Origin: an uncultured virus (IMG/VR IMGVR_UViG_3300010160_000038)
Taxonomy: Duplodnaviria > Heunggongvirae > Uroviricota > Caudoviricetes
Virus record (IMG/VR): IMGVR_UViG_3300010160_000038
Length of the DNA: 20,000 nucleotides
Reading direction: 5' to 3' (one strand)
Part shown: positions 1 through 9,776 of the stretch, in pieces
How the letters are laid out: every line of letters starts with the position of its first letter
Numbering within the stretch: the stretch's first letter is position 1
Position numbers and translations under genes: made by a program
The notes under the pieces: model-generated
Seen by the model: the letters and a program-made list of their open reading frames with translations, nothing else
The model's database searches: none
What the model was told of the DNA's origin: nothing

Positions 1-117
1 AAAGAAGAGGAAGTAGATTTTGAAGAAGGAGAAGAAGAAATTGAAGAAGAAATGGAAGATTTAGAAGAATCTAAATTGGTAACATTTGATGCATTTTTAG
101 AAAAAAATAATAAATAA
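1..117 (+). CDS. 3' end of an acidic hypothetical protein (partial, runs off the left edge)
   Basis: Frame 1 is open from base 1 to TAA at 115-117: KEEEVDFEEGEEEIEEEMEDLEESKLVTFDAFLEKNNK*. Strong GAA codon bias; abuts the next ATG at 120. Confidence 0.8.
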   Translation, partial: KEEEVDFEEGEEEIEEEMEDLEESKLVTFDAFLEKNNK

Positions 118-119
118 TA

Positions 120-1148
120 ATGATTAAAAAATTTTTAGAATATTCTGATTCTGGAACATTAAAATATTATGCTTTTGATTGGGATGATAATGTTTTAATG
201 ATGCCAACTGTTATACACATGGAGCATTTAATAGATGGTGAATGGACACCTGAAGACGTTTCAACTGCTGATTTTGCAATTGTTAGAAAAGATTCTGAGA
301 ATTGGAGAATTTTAAAAAATGATCCTAATGAAGCTTTTTCAGAGTTTAGAGATTTTGGACCAAGAGGGGATAAAGCATTTTTAGAAGATGTTAAAAAAGC
401 AGTTTCTATGGGCAAATTGGGACCAGCTTGGGATGATTTCATTGAATGTTTAGTAAATGGTTCGATATTTGCTTTAATTACCGCTCGAGGCCACGAAATT
501 CATCCAATGAGAATGGGAGTTGAATTTTTAATTGATAATTTAGAAGAGGATAATAAAAATTTAATGTATAATAATTTGTTAAAATTTGCTTATTTATTTA
601 AAGAAGAAGGTGAATTTGATAGAATATTAAAAACCAAACCAAGTGAAAATCCACTTGTTAAACTTTATTTAGATAAATGTGATTTTATTGGAGTTTCTTC
701 ACCTTCTAGGGGTGGTTCACCAGCTAATCCAGAAAAAGCTAAAGAAGATGCTTTATTATATTTCAAAGATAAGATAAATAGATTTGCTAAATCTGTTGGT
801 GTTAAAGCAGAGATTGGTTTTTCAGATGATGATTTATCAAATGTTAAACACATAGAAGATTTGGTTGATAGTATCCATAATGAGCAATTCCCAGAAATTA
901 GCCATATGTATGTTAAAGGGACAAATGATCCGGAAAATATTACAAAAAAGGTTAGAGTTTTTGAACATAATGACCCATTAGCTTCTAGTGTATTACCATT
1001 TACACAATTTAATAATATGACTAATAGACTTTATCCAACTGATATGGCAACTAGTCAAGATGATTATTTAAATAAATTTAGAAGAGAAGTTAAATATTTA
1101 GCAAAAACATCAAAAGAAGCTAAATTAAAAGAGAAAAAGAAAAAATAA
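120..1148 (+). CDS. HAD-superfamily hydrolase/phosphatase-like protein
   Basis: Motif I YAFDWDDNVL (DxD), motif II ITARGH, Lys in PEKAKE, motif IV GFSDDD. N-terminus MIKKFLEY. Confidence 0.7.
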   Translation: MIKKFLEYSDSGTLKYYAFDWDDNVLMMPTVIHMEHLIDGEWTPEDVSTADFAIVRKDSENWRILKNDPNEAFSEFRDFGPRGDKAFLEDVKKAVSMGKLGPAWDDFIECLVNGSIFALITARGHEIHPMRMGVEFLIDNLEEDNKNLMYNNLLKFAYLFKEEGEFDRILKTKPSENPLVKLYLDKCDFIGVSSPSRGGSPANPEKAKEDALLYFKDKINRFAKSVGVKAEIGFSDDDLSNVKHIEDLVDSIHNEQFPEISHMYVKGTNDPENITKKVRVFEHNDPLASSVLPFTQFNNMTNRLYPTDMATSQDDYLNKFRREVKYLAKTSKEAKLKEKKKK

Positions 1149-1149
1149 T

Positions 1150-3021
1150 ATGAAGTTATATAGATATCATGATTTTTTATTAGAAAAAAATGAAGATAAT
1201 TATTCTAGGGTATTTATTTCTGATAAATTTCTAACAATTATTAGAGAGATATTAAAAAAGAGAGAAAGAATGGATGAAAATATCCAACTAATTTATGATA
1301 TATATGTTTCTTTTGATAATGCTCGTTATAGTGATATTATAACTTTAATTGATACTACTGATAAAAATGATAGAATATCATATACACAATCTAATAGATT
1401 GGTAAAATATTGTAAAGATAATAATATAAATTCCGAATATATAGATAAAAGATTGGATAAATATTGGAATATTCCTAGAACACCAAATTATAGTTTTGGT
1501 AGATGGGTTAGACATTATTTAAAAGATGTATTAAACTTGACATTTAATGATAAAGATGTTGAGGAACTAGTTAATGATTATAAATCAATATATGATATTA
1601 TCTTTTCTAATAATTATGAATTTAAATTGGTAAAAGGTGAAGAAATAAGAGAAAATTATTTAGTTAAAAATTATTTATTAGAATCTGGACAATTGGGAAA
1701 TTCATGTATGAGATATGAAAAATGTCAAAAATATTTAAACATATATATTGAAAATCCAAATGTATGTTCTCTTCTTGTTATGAAAAGTGGTGATAAAGTT
1801 AAAGGTCGTGCTTTAGTTTGGAAACTTGAAGATGGTAAAACATTTATGGATAGAGTATACACTATTTATGATAGTGATGTTAAATTATTTGAAAATTGGG
1901 CTTCTACTAATAATATAGATTTAAGTAGATCGAGCTTCACTTCTAATATAAGTGTTAAATTGGAAAAATCTAATTTTGATTTTTATCCATATATGGACAC
2001 TTTAAAATATTTAAATAGGGATGAAAATACATTATCTAATACAGTTTTATATGATGAAAAATCAATTGTCAAATTAGAGGAAACTACTGGACATTTTACC
2101 GAAATGGCAGGTGATGATAGTGTATGGTCACATAGAGATAATTGTTATTATAATGAAGAGGATGCTAGGTATTGTTCAGATATTGATGATTATTTACATT
2201 ATGATGATACTACATATTTAGATTATAAAGATGAATATGTTTCTAATAGTGCTGATATTGTTTATAGTGAATACAAAGATGGTTATTATTATCTAGAAGA
2301 TGTTTATAAATCTGAATATTTGGGTGATTTCATACCAGAAGATGAAGTAGTTACGGTCATAATGAATGAAAATGGTGATACTGATTACTTAACAAGTTAT
2401 TATGATTATTTATATATTAGAGAAGATGATAAATTTTACTTTAAATTGAATTATAAATATAATCCTTATACTAAAAAATATGGGTTTATAGATCGTGAAA
2501 CTATAACAAAATTAAAAAAAGAATTTAGTATTTATAAAAAAGATGGTGATTTTGATTTTGAAAAATTTAGAAATGATTTATTAGAAATGTTGGAAAAAAA
2601 TATTCCTGATGTAATATATGAAAAATTTATAAATTATACAACAGGGAATAGATGGTCTGATAGAACATTGAAACAAATAGCACATAAAGATAATATAGAT
2701 GAGGTGAAACTTTATTATAAACCTTTAATATTAGCATGGTTTACAAAAGATTTTTTAATTGATAGACATGATGGAACACTTTCATATCAAATAATTGAAA
2801 AATTTGGTAGGCTTATTAAAAATATTATTGGAAAAATAAAATATGATTCTGAAGTGAATCCAGATGATGTTGAAAAATTCTATCATGATTATTTTAGATA
2901 CACTAATATTGTCATAAATTTTTCAATTAAAGTTATGTTAAAAACAGAACTTAATGTATTTAATGATGATATTTCTAAAAGAATATTATTTCTAGAATTA
3001 GTTGATGAAGATAAAATTTAG
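1150..3021 (+). CDS. Large hypothetical phage protein with an SCM...RALVW...MDRVY domain and an Asp/Tyr-rich repeat region
   Basis: 623-aa ORF. Motif string LGNSCMRY / GRALVWKL / FMDRVYT / YPYMDT, then degenerate repeats (YSEYKDGYYYLEDV, KSEYLGDFIPEDEV). N-terminus MKLYRYHDFLLE. Confidence 0.75.
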   Translation: MKLYRYHDFLLEKNEDNYSRVFISDKFLTIIREILKKRERMDENIQLIYDIYVSFDNARYSDIITLIDTTDKNDRISYTQSNRLVKYCKDNNINSEYIDKRLDKYWNIPRTPNYSFGRWVRHYLKDVLNLTFNDKDVEELVNDYKSIYDIIFSNNYEFKLVKGEEIRENYLVKNYLLESGQLGNSCMRYEKCQKYLNIYIENPNVCSLLVMKSGDKVKGRALVWKLEDGKTFMDRVYTIYDSDVKLFENWASTNNIDLSRSSFTSNISVKLEKSNFDFYPYMDTLKYLNRDENTLSNTVLYDEKSIVKLEETTGHFTEMAGDDSVWSHRDNCYYNEEDARYCSDIDDYLHYDDTTYLDYKDEYVSNSADIVYSEYKDGYYYLEDVYKSEYLGDFIPEDEVVTVIMNENGDTDYLTSYYDYLYIREDDKFYFKLNYKYNPYTKKYGFIDRETITKLKKEFSIYKKDGDFDFEKFRNDLLEMLEKNIPDVIYEKFINYTTGNRWSDRTLKQIAHKDNIDEVKLYYKPLILAWFTKDFLIDRHDGTLSYQIIEKFGRLIKNIIGKIKYDSEVNPDDVEKFYHDYFRYTNIVINFSIKVMLKTELNVFNDDISKRILFLELVDEDKI

Positions 3022-3026
3022 TTTTT

Positions 3027-3053
3027 AAACTATAAAGATTATTTTTGATATAA
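3027..3053 (+). promoter_or_regulatory. Putative phage 'middle' promoter AAAC-N18-TATAA upstream of the primase
   Basis: AAAC 3027-3030 and TATAA 3049-3053. The same architecture recurs upstream of six other genes. Confidence 0.5.
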
Positions 3054-3059
3054 AAACTT

Positions 3060-4250
3060 ATGGATAAAGAATATATTAAAAATCTTCTTCAAAGGATAAT
3101 TAACAAAGAATTTAGTAATGCAACTAAAAGGCGTATAAATGATTATACAGATAGGTTAAATTGTGCTTGTCCTTGTTGTGGTGATAGTGATAGAAATGTT
3201 GGTGCTAAACGAGGTAATCTATATCTAAATAAATTATTGTACATTTGTTTTAATTGTGGAATAACAATGAGTTTTGATAAATTGTGTAAACGATTTAATG
3301 AACAAATTGATCCTGAAAAAAAATTAGAAATGATACAACATTTAGATAGTGTTGTTTCATATAAAGATTATGAAAATAATCTAACTGAAACAAATTTTTC
3401 AGATCTAATAGATATGGTTGATATAGAAACAGTTCTTAACAACAATTCAACACAATTTAGTGATTTTACACCTATAAAAGAAGGAAGTGGAGTATTTAAA
3501 TATCTAGAGGCTAGGGCAATACCATCATTTTTACATACTAATATATATCAAGCGAAATATTGGAGAAATGAAGATGAATTTGAATGGGTTATATGTATGT
3601 TGAATAGAAGAGGTTCTAAGATATTAGGTATGCAAGTTCGTAATTTAAAAGTGGGTAAACGTAGATGGTTTAAAATCTATAATTATGAGAATTTATTGGA
3701 ATGGGTTAATATAATTAAAGAGGATAAGATTGAAATAGATATAAACCAAATGGTTCTTTATAATAAATTATCTTATTATTTTAATATTTTAAATATTAAT
3801 GTTTCTACTAAAATAACTGTTTTTGAAGGATATTTAGATTCTCTATTTTACCCAAATAGTATTGGATTAGTTGGAACTAATACTGATGCTAAATTAATTG
3901 AAAATAATGGACTAGATATTCAATATTTTTATGACAATGATTCTGCTGGTGATAAGAAGTCGCAAGAAAAAATTAGAATAGGAATTCCAGTTTTTCTTTG
4001 GAATAAACTATTTGAAGATATAGTTAATAAAAAAAATTCAAGTGATCCTTATAAACTATTACATAGAGTTAAAAAGGTTAAAGATTTAAACAAATTAGCT
4101 GAATTAGTCCCAAATCCATATAAAAAATTGAGTTTGGATGATTTTTTCAGTCAAGATATTTTAGATATTAAATGGATTCCTAAAGTTAAATGGAAAATAG
4201 AAGAAAAGGAAATTGATTATAATAAAAAATTTGACAATTTAAATCTTTAA
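3060..4250 (+). CDS. DNA primase, DnaG/T4 gp61-like (Zn finger plus TOPRIM)
   Basis: N-terminal CPCCGDS...CFNCG zinc-binding domain, GMQVR, TOPRIM motifs VFEGYLDSLF and YDNDSAG, and KDLN. Confidence 0.88.
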   Translation: MDKEYIKNLLQRIINKEFSNATKRRINDYTDRLNCACPCCGDSDRNVGAKRGNLYLNKLLYICFNCGITMSFDKLCKRFNEQIDPEKKLEMIQHLDSVVSYKDYENNLTETNFSDLIDMVDIETVLNNNSTQFSDFTPIKEGSGVFKYLEARAIPSFLHTNIYQAKYWRNEDEFEWVICMLNRRGSKILGMQVRNLKVGKRRWFKIYNYENLLEWVNIIKEDKIEIDINQMVLYNKLSYYFNILNINVSTKITVFEGYLDSLFYPNSIGLVGTNTDAKLIENNGLDIQYFYDNDSAGDKKSQEKIRIGIPVFLWNKLFEDIVNKKNSSDPYKLLHRVKKVKDLNKLAELVPNPYKKLSLDDFFSQDILDIKWIPKVKWKIEEKEIDYNKKFDNLNL

Positions 4251-4487
4251 GATATAATTTATATTTTCCATTCGTTTATAATATTTAGTAATCTTATCTT
4301 TATTTGTATTGAACCATATTGAATAATCACAATAATAATAACAAAATTGTATAATATTATTATTATCATCTAGTTCTGCATAACAACCTTGTCCAAACAT
4401 AAATGATTCAAAACTTTTTTTAAAATATTTTGGTATATCACAATCTTTTATATCCTCACCTTTGTTATATAGTTCTATTAAATTCAT
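4239..4487 (-). CDS. Small hypothetical protein with a C-terminal R-x-x-(K/N)-I-x-x-I-L motif
   Basis: 82-aa ORF. TATATTTG ends 4 nt upstream of the ATG. Ends KRMENINYILKI. Confidence 0.65.
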   Translation of the reverse strand: MNLIELYNKGEDIKDCDIPKYFKKSFESFMFGQGCYAELDDNNNIIQFCYYYCDYSIWFNTNKDKITKYYKRMENINYILKI

Positions 4488-4491
4488 AATA

Positions 4492-4501
4492 CAAATATAT
4501 A
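4492..4501. promoter_or_regulatory. Overlapping divergent promoters: TATATTTG (minus, 4492-4499) and AATATATA (plus, 4494-4501)
   Basis: TAnnTTTG is the established Bacteroidota primary-sigma -7 element. AATATATA is the recurring motif upstream of putative late genes. Confidence 0.5.
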
Positions 4502-4518
4502 AAATAAAAAATTAAATT

Positions 4519-4857
4519 ATGAGAAAAATAGAAAAATTTAATGAATTTTTATTCAACAATGAAGAGAAAATAATTATTGAAATGATTGAGAAAGCAGAGT
4601 CTAGCCCATCAAGTGATTTAAATTTAATATCCAATAGAAAAGAATATAAAGATGTTATTAAAATAGGTATAAAAGTTATACCTTATTTATTAGAGAGAAA
4701 TTTAATAATATGGTCTAATGGATTATCAGAATTAACAGGTAATAATATATCTAGTTCAGAATATTCATCTTCTGAAAGAGTTGAATATTGGAAAAAATGG
4801 GCATTTGATAATGGATTTCAGAAATTAATATATAAAAGAAAAAATATTAAATTATGA
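4519..4857 (+). CDS. Hypothetical helical protein with N-terminal targeting-like peptide
   Basis: 112 aa. Starts MRKIEKFNEFLFNNEE; contains YKDVIKIGIKVIPYLL...W...LTG...WKKW. Confidence 0.7.
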   Translation: MRKIEKFNEFLFNNEEKIIIEMIEKAESSPSSDLNLISNRKEYKDVIKIGIKVIPYLLERNLIIWSNGLSELTGNNISSSEYSSSERVEYWKKWAFDNGFQKLIYKRKNIKL

Positions 4858-5141
4858 AAAAGAAACACTTTTTTGGTTGGGATAATATCAAATGGGCATT
4901 TAGAGAATTACTGAATATTTATTCAAATAAAAATTCATATTTTTCTAAAAAAAGAATTGAATCTGGTATTGGGTTTATAATAGCAGAATGGGGTATGATT
5001 TATTTTTTAGTTAAAAAATTACCTACAATGACTACATCTGATTTTGCAATTTGGGCAGCAATGCAATTTGTAGTGGCTGGTTATATGATTAATCAGATTC
5101 AAAAAGAAAAGAAGTCTAATCAAACTGATGAAACTAATTAA
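4854..5141 (+). CDS. Small two-TM membrane protein (holin-like)
   Basis: Two hydrophobic segments (GIGFIIAEWGMIYFLV; FAIWAAMQFVVAGYMI) after FSKKR, charged C-terminal tail, ATGA overlap with the upstream gene. The holin role is inference only. Confidence 0.55.
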   Translation: MKKKHFFGWDNIKWAFRELLNIYSNKNSYFSKKRIESGIGFIIAEWGMIYFLVKKLPTMTTSDFAIWAAMQFVVAGYMINQIQKEKKSNQTDETN

Positions 5142-5144
5142 AAT

Positions 5145-5175
5145 AAAAAAAGCCACTTTTAAAGTGGCTTTTTTT
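5145..5175. terminator. Bidirectional intrinsic terminator
   Basis: AAAAAAAGCCACTTT-T-AAAGTGGCTTTTTTT between convergent genes; U-tract on both strands. Confidence 0.85.
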
Positions 5176-5176
5176 A

Positions 5177-5752
5177 TTATTTTCTATTATGTTTTGATTT
5201 AAACTTTCTAGTAAATTTATAGCTTTTAGATTCTGGAATATTTTCCAAATCAACAACCTCTCCTTTTTGTGCTTGTGCTTCTGGATCCAAACCTGTTTCA
5301 GTTTTTGCTTGAACTTGAGATTGTGCTCTTCTTTGTGCCATTCTATCTCTTTTCTTTTGAGCTTCAGCTTGTGCTTTAGGATTGTTTAAATAATCTACAA
5401 CTTTATTAACATCATTTGTTTTTAAATCATGGCCATCAACTCTAAAATTACCAGTTTCAGATGGTAGATCAATTTCATAACCATTATAATAAACAACATT
5501 TCCTTTAATTTCTGAACCTTCTAAAACATCATATAATGCATTTAAATCACCACCTTCAATTGGTTTTTCATCATATTTAGCCAATGGTTCATCTTCAACA
5601 GATGGTCTTTCAGTTGGAACAACAGAAGGTCTAACTGGTCTAGGTGTTTCTGTTGGTGTTGGAGTTGTAACTGGTGCAGGTTTTACCTCACCCATTTGAA
5701 ACTCTTCATTTGTTTTAACAAAATCATTGTATCTTTTAATAACTTTTTTCAT
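5177..5752 (-). CDS. Hypothetical protein with Pro/Thr-rich linker, probable virion/internal protein
   Basis: 191 aa. Starts MKKVIKRYNDFVKTNEEF, contains PAPVTTPTPTETPRPVRP; AATATATA upstream at 5773-5780. Confidence 0.75.
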   Translation of the reverse strand: MKKVIKRYNDFVKTNEEFQMGEVKPAPVTTPTPTETPRPVRPSVVPTERPSVEDEPLAKYDEKPIEGGDLNALYDVLEGSEIKGNVVYYNGYEIDLPSETGNFRVDGHDLKTNDVNKVVDYLNNPKAQAEAQKKRDRMAQRRAQSQVQAKTETGLDPEAQAQKGEVVDLENIPESKSYKFTRKFKSKHNRK

Positions 5753-5785
5753 TTTTATAAATTATTTTTTATTATATATTAAAAT

Positions 5786-6247
5786 TTAATTTCCGTTTTT
5801 ATTTTTAATTTCTGATATTACTAAATCTATAAAATCATCTAATTCATATTCAATCCCTTCACAAAAATCAAATATATCATACGGTTGTTTTTGGAAATCT
5901 AATATCACTTGTCCATTTTCATATTCAATTATACAACCTGATAATCTACCCTTTATAGTTTTTTTACCACGTTTGATATCTGGGGCATATATTATGCCAT
6001 AATATTTAATACAATCACTATCTTTTATTGTTCTTTCCCATTCAAATTTAAATAAATCATCATATATAATTTTATCTTCTTTATTTAATTTATCATGTTC
6101 TCTATCACCATCACCATTAGAATATGCATTTAAAAAATTCAATTCTTGTTTTGTAAGTGAATCCATGCCATATTTAGAAATCTTATCTAAGATTGTATTT
6201 AATCTATCATCTGATGTAAATTCTTCAAACATATAAAGATGTTTCAT
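5786..6247 (-). CDS. Hypothetical protein with DUF6576-like motif
   Basis: Starts MKHLYMFEEF; contains LNTILDKISKYGMDSLTKQELNFL. Confidence 0.7.
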   Translation of the reverse strand: MKHLYMFEEFTSDDRLNTILDKISKYGMDSLTKQELNFLNAYSNGDGDREHDKLNKEDKIIYDDLFKFEWERTIKDSDCIKYYGIIYAPDIKRGKKTIKGRLSGCIIEYENGQVILDFQKQPYDIFDFCEGIEYELDDFIDLVISEIKNKNGN

Positions 6248-6268
6248 TTTAATCTATATATTTTTATA

Positions 6269-6598
6269 TTAAACTATATTTTTAGGATTAAATTGCCAAA
6301 ATCCATTAAAATCAAACATTCTATTTCTGATAGTTTTATATATTATATCTAAATCACCATTTGTTTGGTATATAGCTATATAATTATTATTTATTTCCAT
6401 TGGATTAAAGTCAATTCCACTATTTGTTAATTTATTTATTTTGTTAATTCTATTCCATTTTTTAACTTCTTTTATAAAATTATCAACAAAAAATATTAAA
6501 AAATCATTATTATCATGATTTGATATTAGATTAAAATCAATTCCATCATAAAATTTAATATTTATATTGGATTTTTTAACTTCTTCAATTAGCCTCAT
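6269..6598 (-). CDS. Hypothetical protein
   Basis: 109-aa ORF with an ATGA overlap to the upstream ORF; internal NRINKINKL. Confidence 0.65.
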   Translation of the reverse strand: MRLIEEVKKSNINIKFYDGIDFNLISNHDNNDFLIFFVDNFIKEVKKWNRINKINKLTNSGIDFNPMEINNNYIAIYQTNGDLDIIYKTIRNRMFDFNGFWQFNPKNIV

Positions 6599-6783
6599 AA
6601 AATTGATTTAATTTTTAAATGTCTTTTTAATTTTAAATCTTTATTATATTTAATTTTAAATTTATTAAAATAATCTTCTGATATTTTAAATAAATGATAT
6701 TGATTTTTAGTTATTTCACCTTTAATAATTCTCTCATTTAAAAAAATTAAAAATACATTATATAATGGATCTTCCTTTATCAC
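6595..6783 (-). CDS. Small hypothetical protein with C-terminal RHLKIKSIL motif
   Basis: 62 aa; 4-nt start/stop overlaps with both neighbours. Confidence 0.6.
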   Translation of the reverse strand: MIKEDPLYNVFLIFLNERIIKGEITKNQYHLFKISEDYFNKFKIKYNKDLKLKRHLKIKSIL

Positions 6784-7580
6784 TTTTTAGATCTTTTAGG
6801 ATTATAATTAAAAACTATAGTATTGTTGTCAATTATATTCATTTTATCTTTTTGTTTATCGAATAGAATATGGCTATCTTTCTCAGGTGATGTAAATATG
6901 AAATAATCAACTGGTTTACTTTTTAGTGTTCCAATATTATAACTTTTTACTTCCCATTTATTATCTGATAATTTTTTAAAATATTTTAATGGTTTTGCTT
7001 GGAAATAAATCTCTTTTCCCGTTTTTTTATTGGTTGCTATAAAATCAATTCCAATTCTATCTTTGGTTGAACCTGGTAAAAAACCATCACTTATATCAAA
7101 TCCTATATTAAATAATTCTTTTATGATTTTATGGGCTTTACGTTCATTTAAAAAACCATTTAATAGACTATTACCATTTATTTCTAAAAGCTTACCAAAA
7201 TGGCTATTTTTATCCTTAAATAGTGAATATTTATTATCCCAGACCCAAGTTTCAAATTCTTTTATATTATCAACTGGTTTTCCATATATTTCCTTTATAT
7301 ATTTTATAACCATTGGATTTGTATCAAAGTAGTTAATAACAGACCAATCACTACCATCTTCTTCAAAATCATTAATTCCATTAAACTTCATAAGTTCACC
7401 TAATGTATATACACCAACAACACCACCTCTTCCTCTATTACCTAATGATGAATCAGATTTCCAATTATTATTATAGTAATATCTTAAACATCTAAAAACT
7501 ATTTGTTTAAATTTTAAACTAAATTTTGAATCCTCAACTACACTTTCTGTTATATACTCTAAAAATTTTAATATATTCAT
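6780..7580 (-). CDS. Putative PD-(D/E)XK-fold nuclease with N-terminal targeting-like peptide
   Basis: GFLNERKA...KDRIGIDFIA...YFQAKP fits the E...D...QxK pattern, with VDYFIF downstream. Starts MNILKFLEYITES. Confidence 0.5.
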   Translation of the reverse strand: MNILKFLEYITESVVEDSKFSLKFKQIVFRCLRYYYNNNWKSDSSLGNRGRGGVVGVYTLGELMKFNGINDFEEDGSDWSVINYFDTNPMVIKYIKEIYGKPVDNIKEFETWVWDNKYSLFKDKNSHFGKLLEINGNSLLNGFLNERKAHKIIKELFNIGFDISDGFLPGSTKDRIGIDFIATNKKTGKEIYFQAKPLKYFKKLSDNKWEVKSYNIGTLKSKPVDYFIFTSPEKDSHILFDKQKDKMNIIDNNTIVFNYNPKRSKK

Positions 7581-7606
7581 AAGGTATATATTAAAATTTA
7601 TATACT

Positions 7607-7632
7607 AAAAAACCCAACTTTAAGTTGGGTTT
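7607..7632 (-). terminator. Intrinsic terminator after 7636..7884
   Basis: AAACCCAACTT-T-AAGTTGGGTTT inverted repeat with a U-tract on the minus strand. Confidence 0.75.
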
Positions 7633-7635
7633 AAA

Positions 7636-7884
7636 TTATTTTATAGAATGACAAGTAATTTTAACATCTTGTGTATTCCAAACATCATCGATATAACAAT
7701 TATCTAAAAATTCTCCTAAAGTTTTTTCAGTATCCCAATCTTCTTCTGATAAATCCCAAGTATTTTGAATATGAGTTTTATCTAATAAATATGGTTTTGA
7801 ACTTCTACCTGATTTATCTAAAACTTTAAAATATTTTTCTTCTTTACTTTCTGTGATAAATTCATTAAATTTTTTAATGCTCAT
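7636..7884 (-). CDS. Small hypothetical protein with N-terminal targeting-like peptide
   Basis: Starts MSIKKFNEFITESKEE; TTATATATA upstream. Confidence 0.7.
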   Translation of the reverse strand: MSIKKFNEFITESKEEKYFKVLDKSGRSSKPYLLDKTHIQNTWDLSEEDWDTEKTLGEFLDNCYIDDVWNTQDVKITCHSIK

Positions 7885-7931
7885 AATATGGTTTTTAATT
7901 TTTATTATATATAAATATTAAAAAATGAAAA

Positions 7932-9776
7932 TTATTTAAATCCTGAAAATATATCCATAACAACTGATAATCTTTCTGTTATAGCAGGCATACCCAATGG
8001 TTCAATAATAGAATTAATAGGTGATAAAATTGATTTAGAAAATTGAAGATCAAAATTTATTTCAGGTCCAAATTCTATTGGGTATGAACCTCTTATATAT
8101 GCAAATATATCACCATTTTTAGTATTTTTACAATAATAGTATTTAATCTTTGTTCCAGATTTAATAGATTCATACTTATCTAAATATTCTTTATTAGTAT
8201 TTAATAAATAATTATAATAAGCAGCAGCTTTAACTGCAAAGTGTGCTCCTTGAACAAATTGTAAAGGTAATACTTTATCATTAATTACTTTTGCTTCATA
8301 ATTTGAACATGATGACTGTAAAGAAATATCATCTATATCAGCTAATTCAAATTCTTTTCTAAGTGTTTTAACAAGTTTTAATAATTCTTTAATATTGAAA
8401 TCATCAGGATGTGTAAATAAATATTTAACAATATCTACAATTTTTTCCCTTGCAAATGCTGGTGTTGATGATCTAACTAACTCTACTCCTTTAGGGAAAA
8501 TATATTTAAATCTATCATAAGGTATACCATCTTCATAAACAATATGTTGTATATATTTTTTCTTTGCTAATGATATAATAGATTCAGATATTCTTTCTAA
8601 TTCAAAATCTTCTTTATTTTCAACTCCAAAACTTTCAGCATAATCTGCTAAACATTTTTTAAAATAATCACAATATCTAAAATAATCAACACCTTGGATA
8701 AAGTCTACTTCTCTTGTCCAATTCCAAATTGGTTCAACATTGAAAACCCCATTGTCCATCATTTTATTCATTTGGCGATCTTTAATATAAAAGCCATCAA
8801 ATAATAACATTTCATAATCTTGTTTTAACAATTCTCCTAATTTTTCAGTCAAATCTTCCATTTTAAAATCTTCTTCACTTCCAATTTGTCCAATTAAATT
8901 TGGATTATCACAGTCAATTTTATTTGGAGATAATATGATAAATTTCTTATTAATTTTAGATAAAAAATCATCATTGAAAACATTATTATACCACTGGCTA
9001 TTATTCATAGCAGGTTGAAAAGAAACAAATAATGAATTATGAACCAAAATATCATTTGCTATGAATGTGTGTGTTTCATCATCCACCTCAACATCATAAA
9101 CATATTCATCATCAAATTCTCCAATTTGTTCACATAAATCTATATCTACAAATTCATATTCTAATTCTTTAGAATTTAGAATTTCATTAACAACTAAAAC
9201 TTTATCAGTAGTTAATATTTCACTTGGTTTCACTTCAAGCTTAATACCATCCCTAAATACTATCATTGAATGATCATTAGTAACTATAATTTCTTTACCA
9301 GATTTTGTCTTTAATTTCCATTTAGCTTTAGAAACCTTATGTCTAATAATTCTTTTAACATTGGCATAATATAAACCATTATCCCAATTTAATATTTTAT
9401 CATTTGTTTTAACAGATTCATGTCCTTTTATTGTTTCACCTGCTGAACCATTGATAATATTATTGTTATACCATTCTTCAATTGTAAATTTACCATTATT
9501 TGTTGTTATAACAGACTCATAATCAACAGAATCAGTATCCGCGTAAATAGACACATGTTCTTTATCAGTAACTTGTGTGATGTTTTTCAAGAACATTTTA
9601 TTGTGCAACTCAAAATCTAAATGCCACTGGTTATACCAATAATCTTCATTTACTCTATCCATTGTTTTAGTTAGATCTCTACCTTGAGCTGTTATACTTG
9701 ATGCTACTGCTTTATTATATAAAACAAAATAAGGGGCAGCCATTGCACCATATTCCCCGTTTAATACTAATTTTAG
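7932..9776 (-). CDS. polB: Family B DNA polymerase, C-terminal (gp43B-like) subunit, main segment, intein-containing
   Basis: The frame is open upstream of the called ATG (9743) to 9776, adding LKLVLNGEYGA (motif B). Then ITAQGR, YADTD|S (motif C), AKKKY, KGVELVRSSTP. No exonuclease domain or motif A in the window. Confidence 0.92.
   Translation of the reverse strand, partial: LKLVLNGEYGAMAAPYFVLYNKAVASSITAQGRDLTKTMDRVNEDYWYNQWHLDFELHNKMFLKNITQVTDKEHVSIYADTDSVDYESVITTNNGKFTIEEWYNNNIINGSAGETIKGHESVKTNDKILNWDNGLYYANVKRIIRHKVSKAKWKLKTKSGKEIIVTNDHSMIVFRDGIKLEVKPSEILTTDKVLVVNEILNSKELEYEFVDIDLCEQIGEFDDEYVYDVEVDDETHTFIANDILVHNSLFVSFQPAMNNSQWYNNVFNDDFLSKINKKFIILSPNKIDCDNPNLIGQIGSEEDFKMEDLTEKLGELLKQDYEMLLFDGFYIKDRQMNKMMDNGVFNVEPIWNWTREVDFIQGVDYFRYCDYFKKCLADYAESFGVENKEDFELERISESIISLAKKKYIQHIVYEDGIPYDRFKYIFPKGVELVRSSTPAFAREKIVDIVKYLFTHPDDFNIKELLKLVKTLRKEFELADIDDISLQSSCSNYEAKVINDKVLPLQFVQGAHFAVKAAAYYNYLLNTNKEYLDKYESIKSGTKIKYYYCKNTKNGDIFAYIRGSYPIEFGPEINFDLQFSKSILSPINSIIEPLGMPAITERLSVVMDIFSGFK
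9036..9530 (-). mobile_element. Mini-intein (165 aa, no homing endonuclease) in polymerase motif C
   Basis: YADTD|SVDYES... start, block B VTNDHS, block F YVYDVEV...HTFIAN, terminal ILVHN|S. Removing it restores YADTDSLFV. Confidence 0.93.

Noticed and set aside
167..853. Minus-strand ORFs 167-442 and 665-853
   Set aside because: Antisense shadows of the HAD-like gene, with no motifs.
7030..7332. Plus-strand 100-aa ORF
   Set aside because: Antisense shadow within 6780-7580; its F/L/I/S-rich composition is typical of reversed AT-rich coding sequence.
9741..9743. ATG 9743 as the true polymerase start
   Set aside because: It would omit the essential motif B residues (K, N, YG) encoded in frame immediately upstream; the promoter motif lies before 9915.
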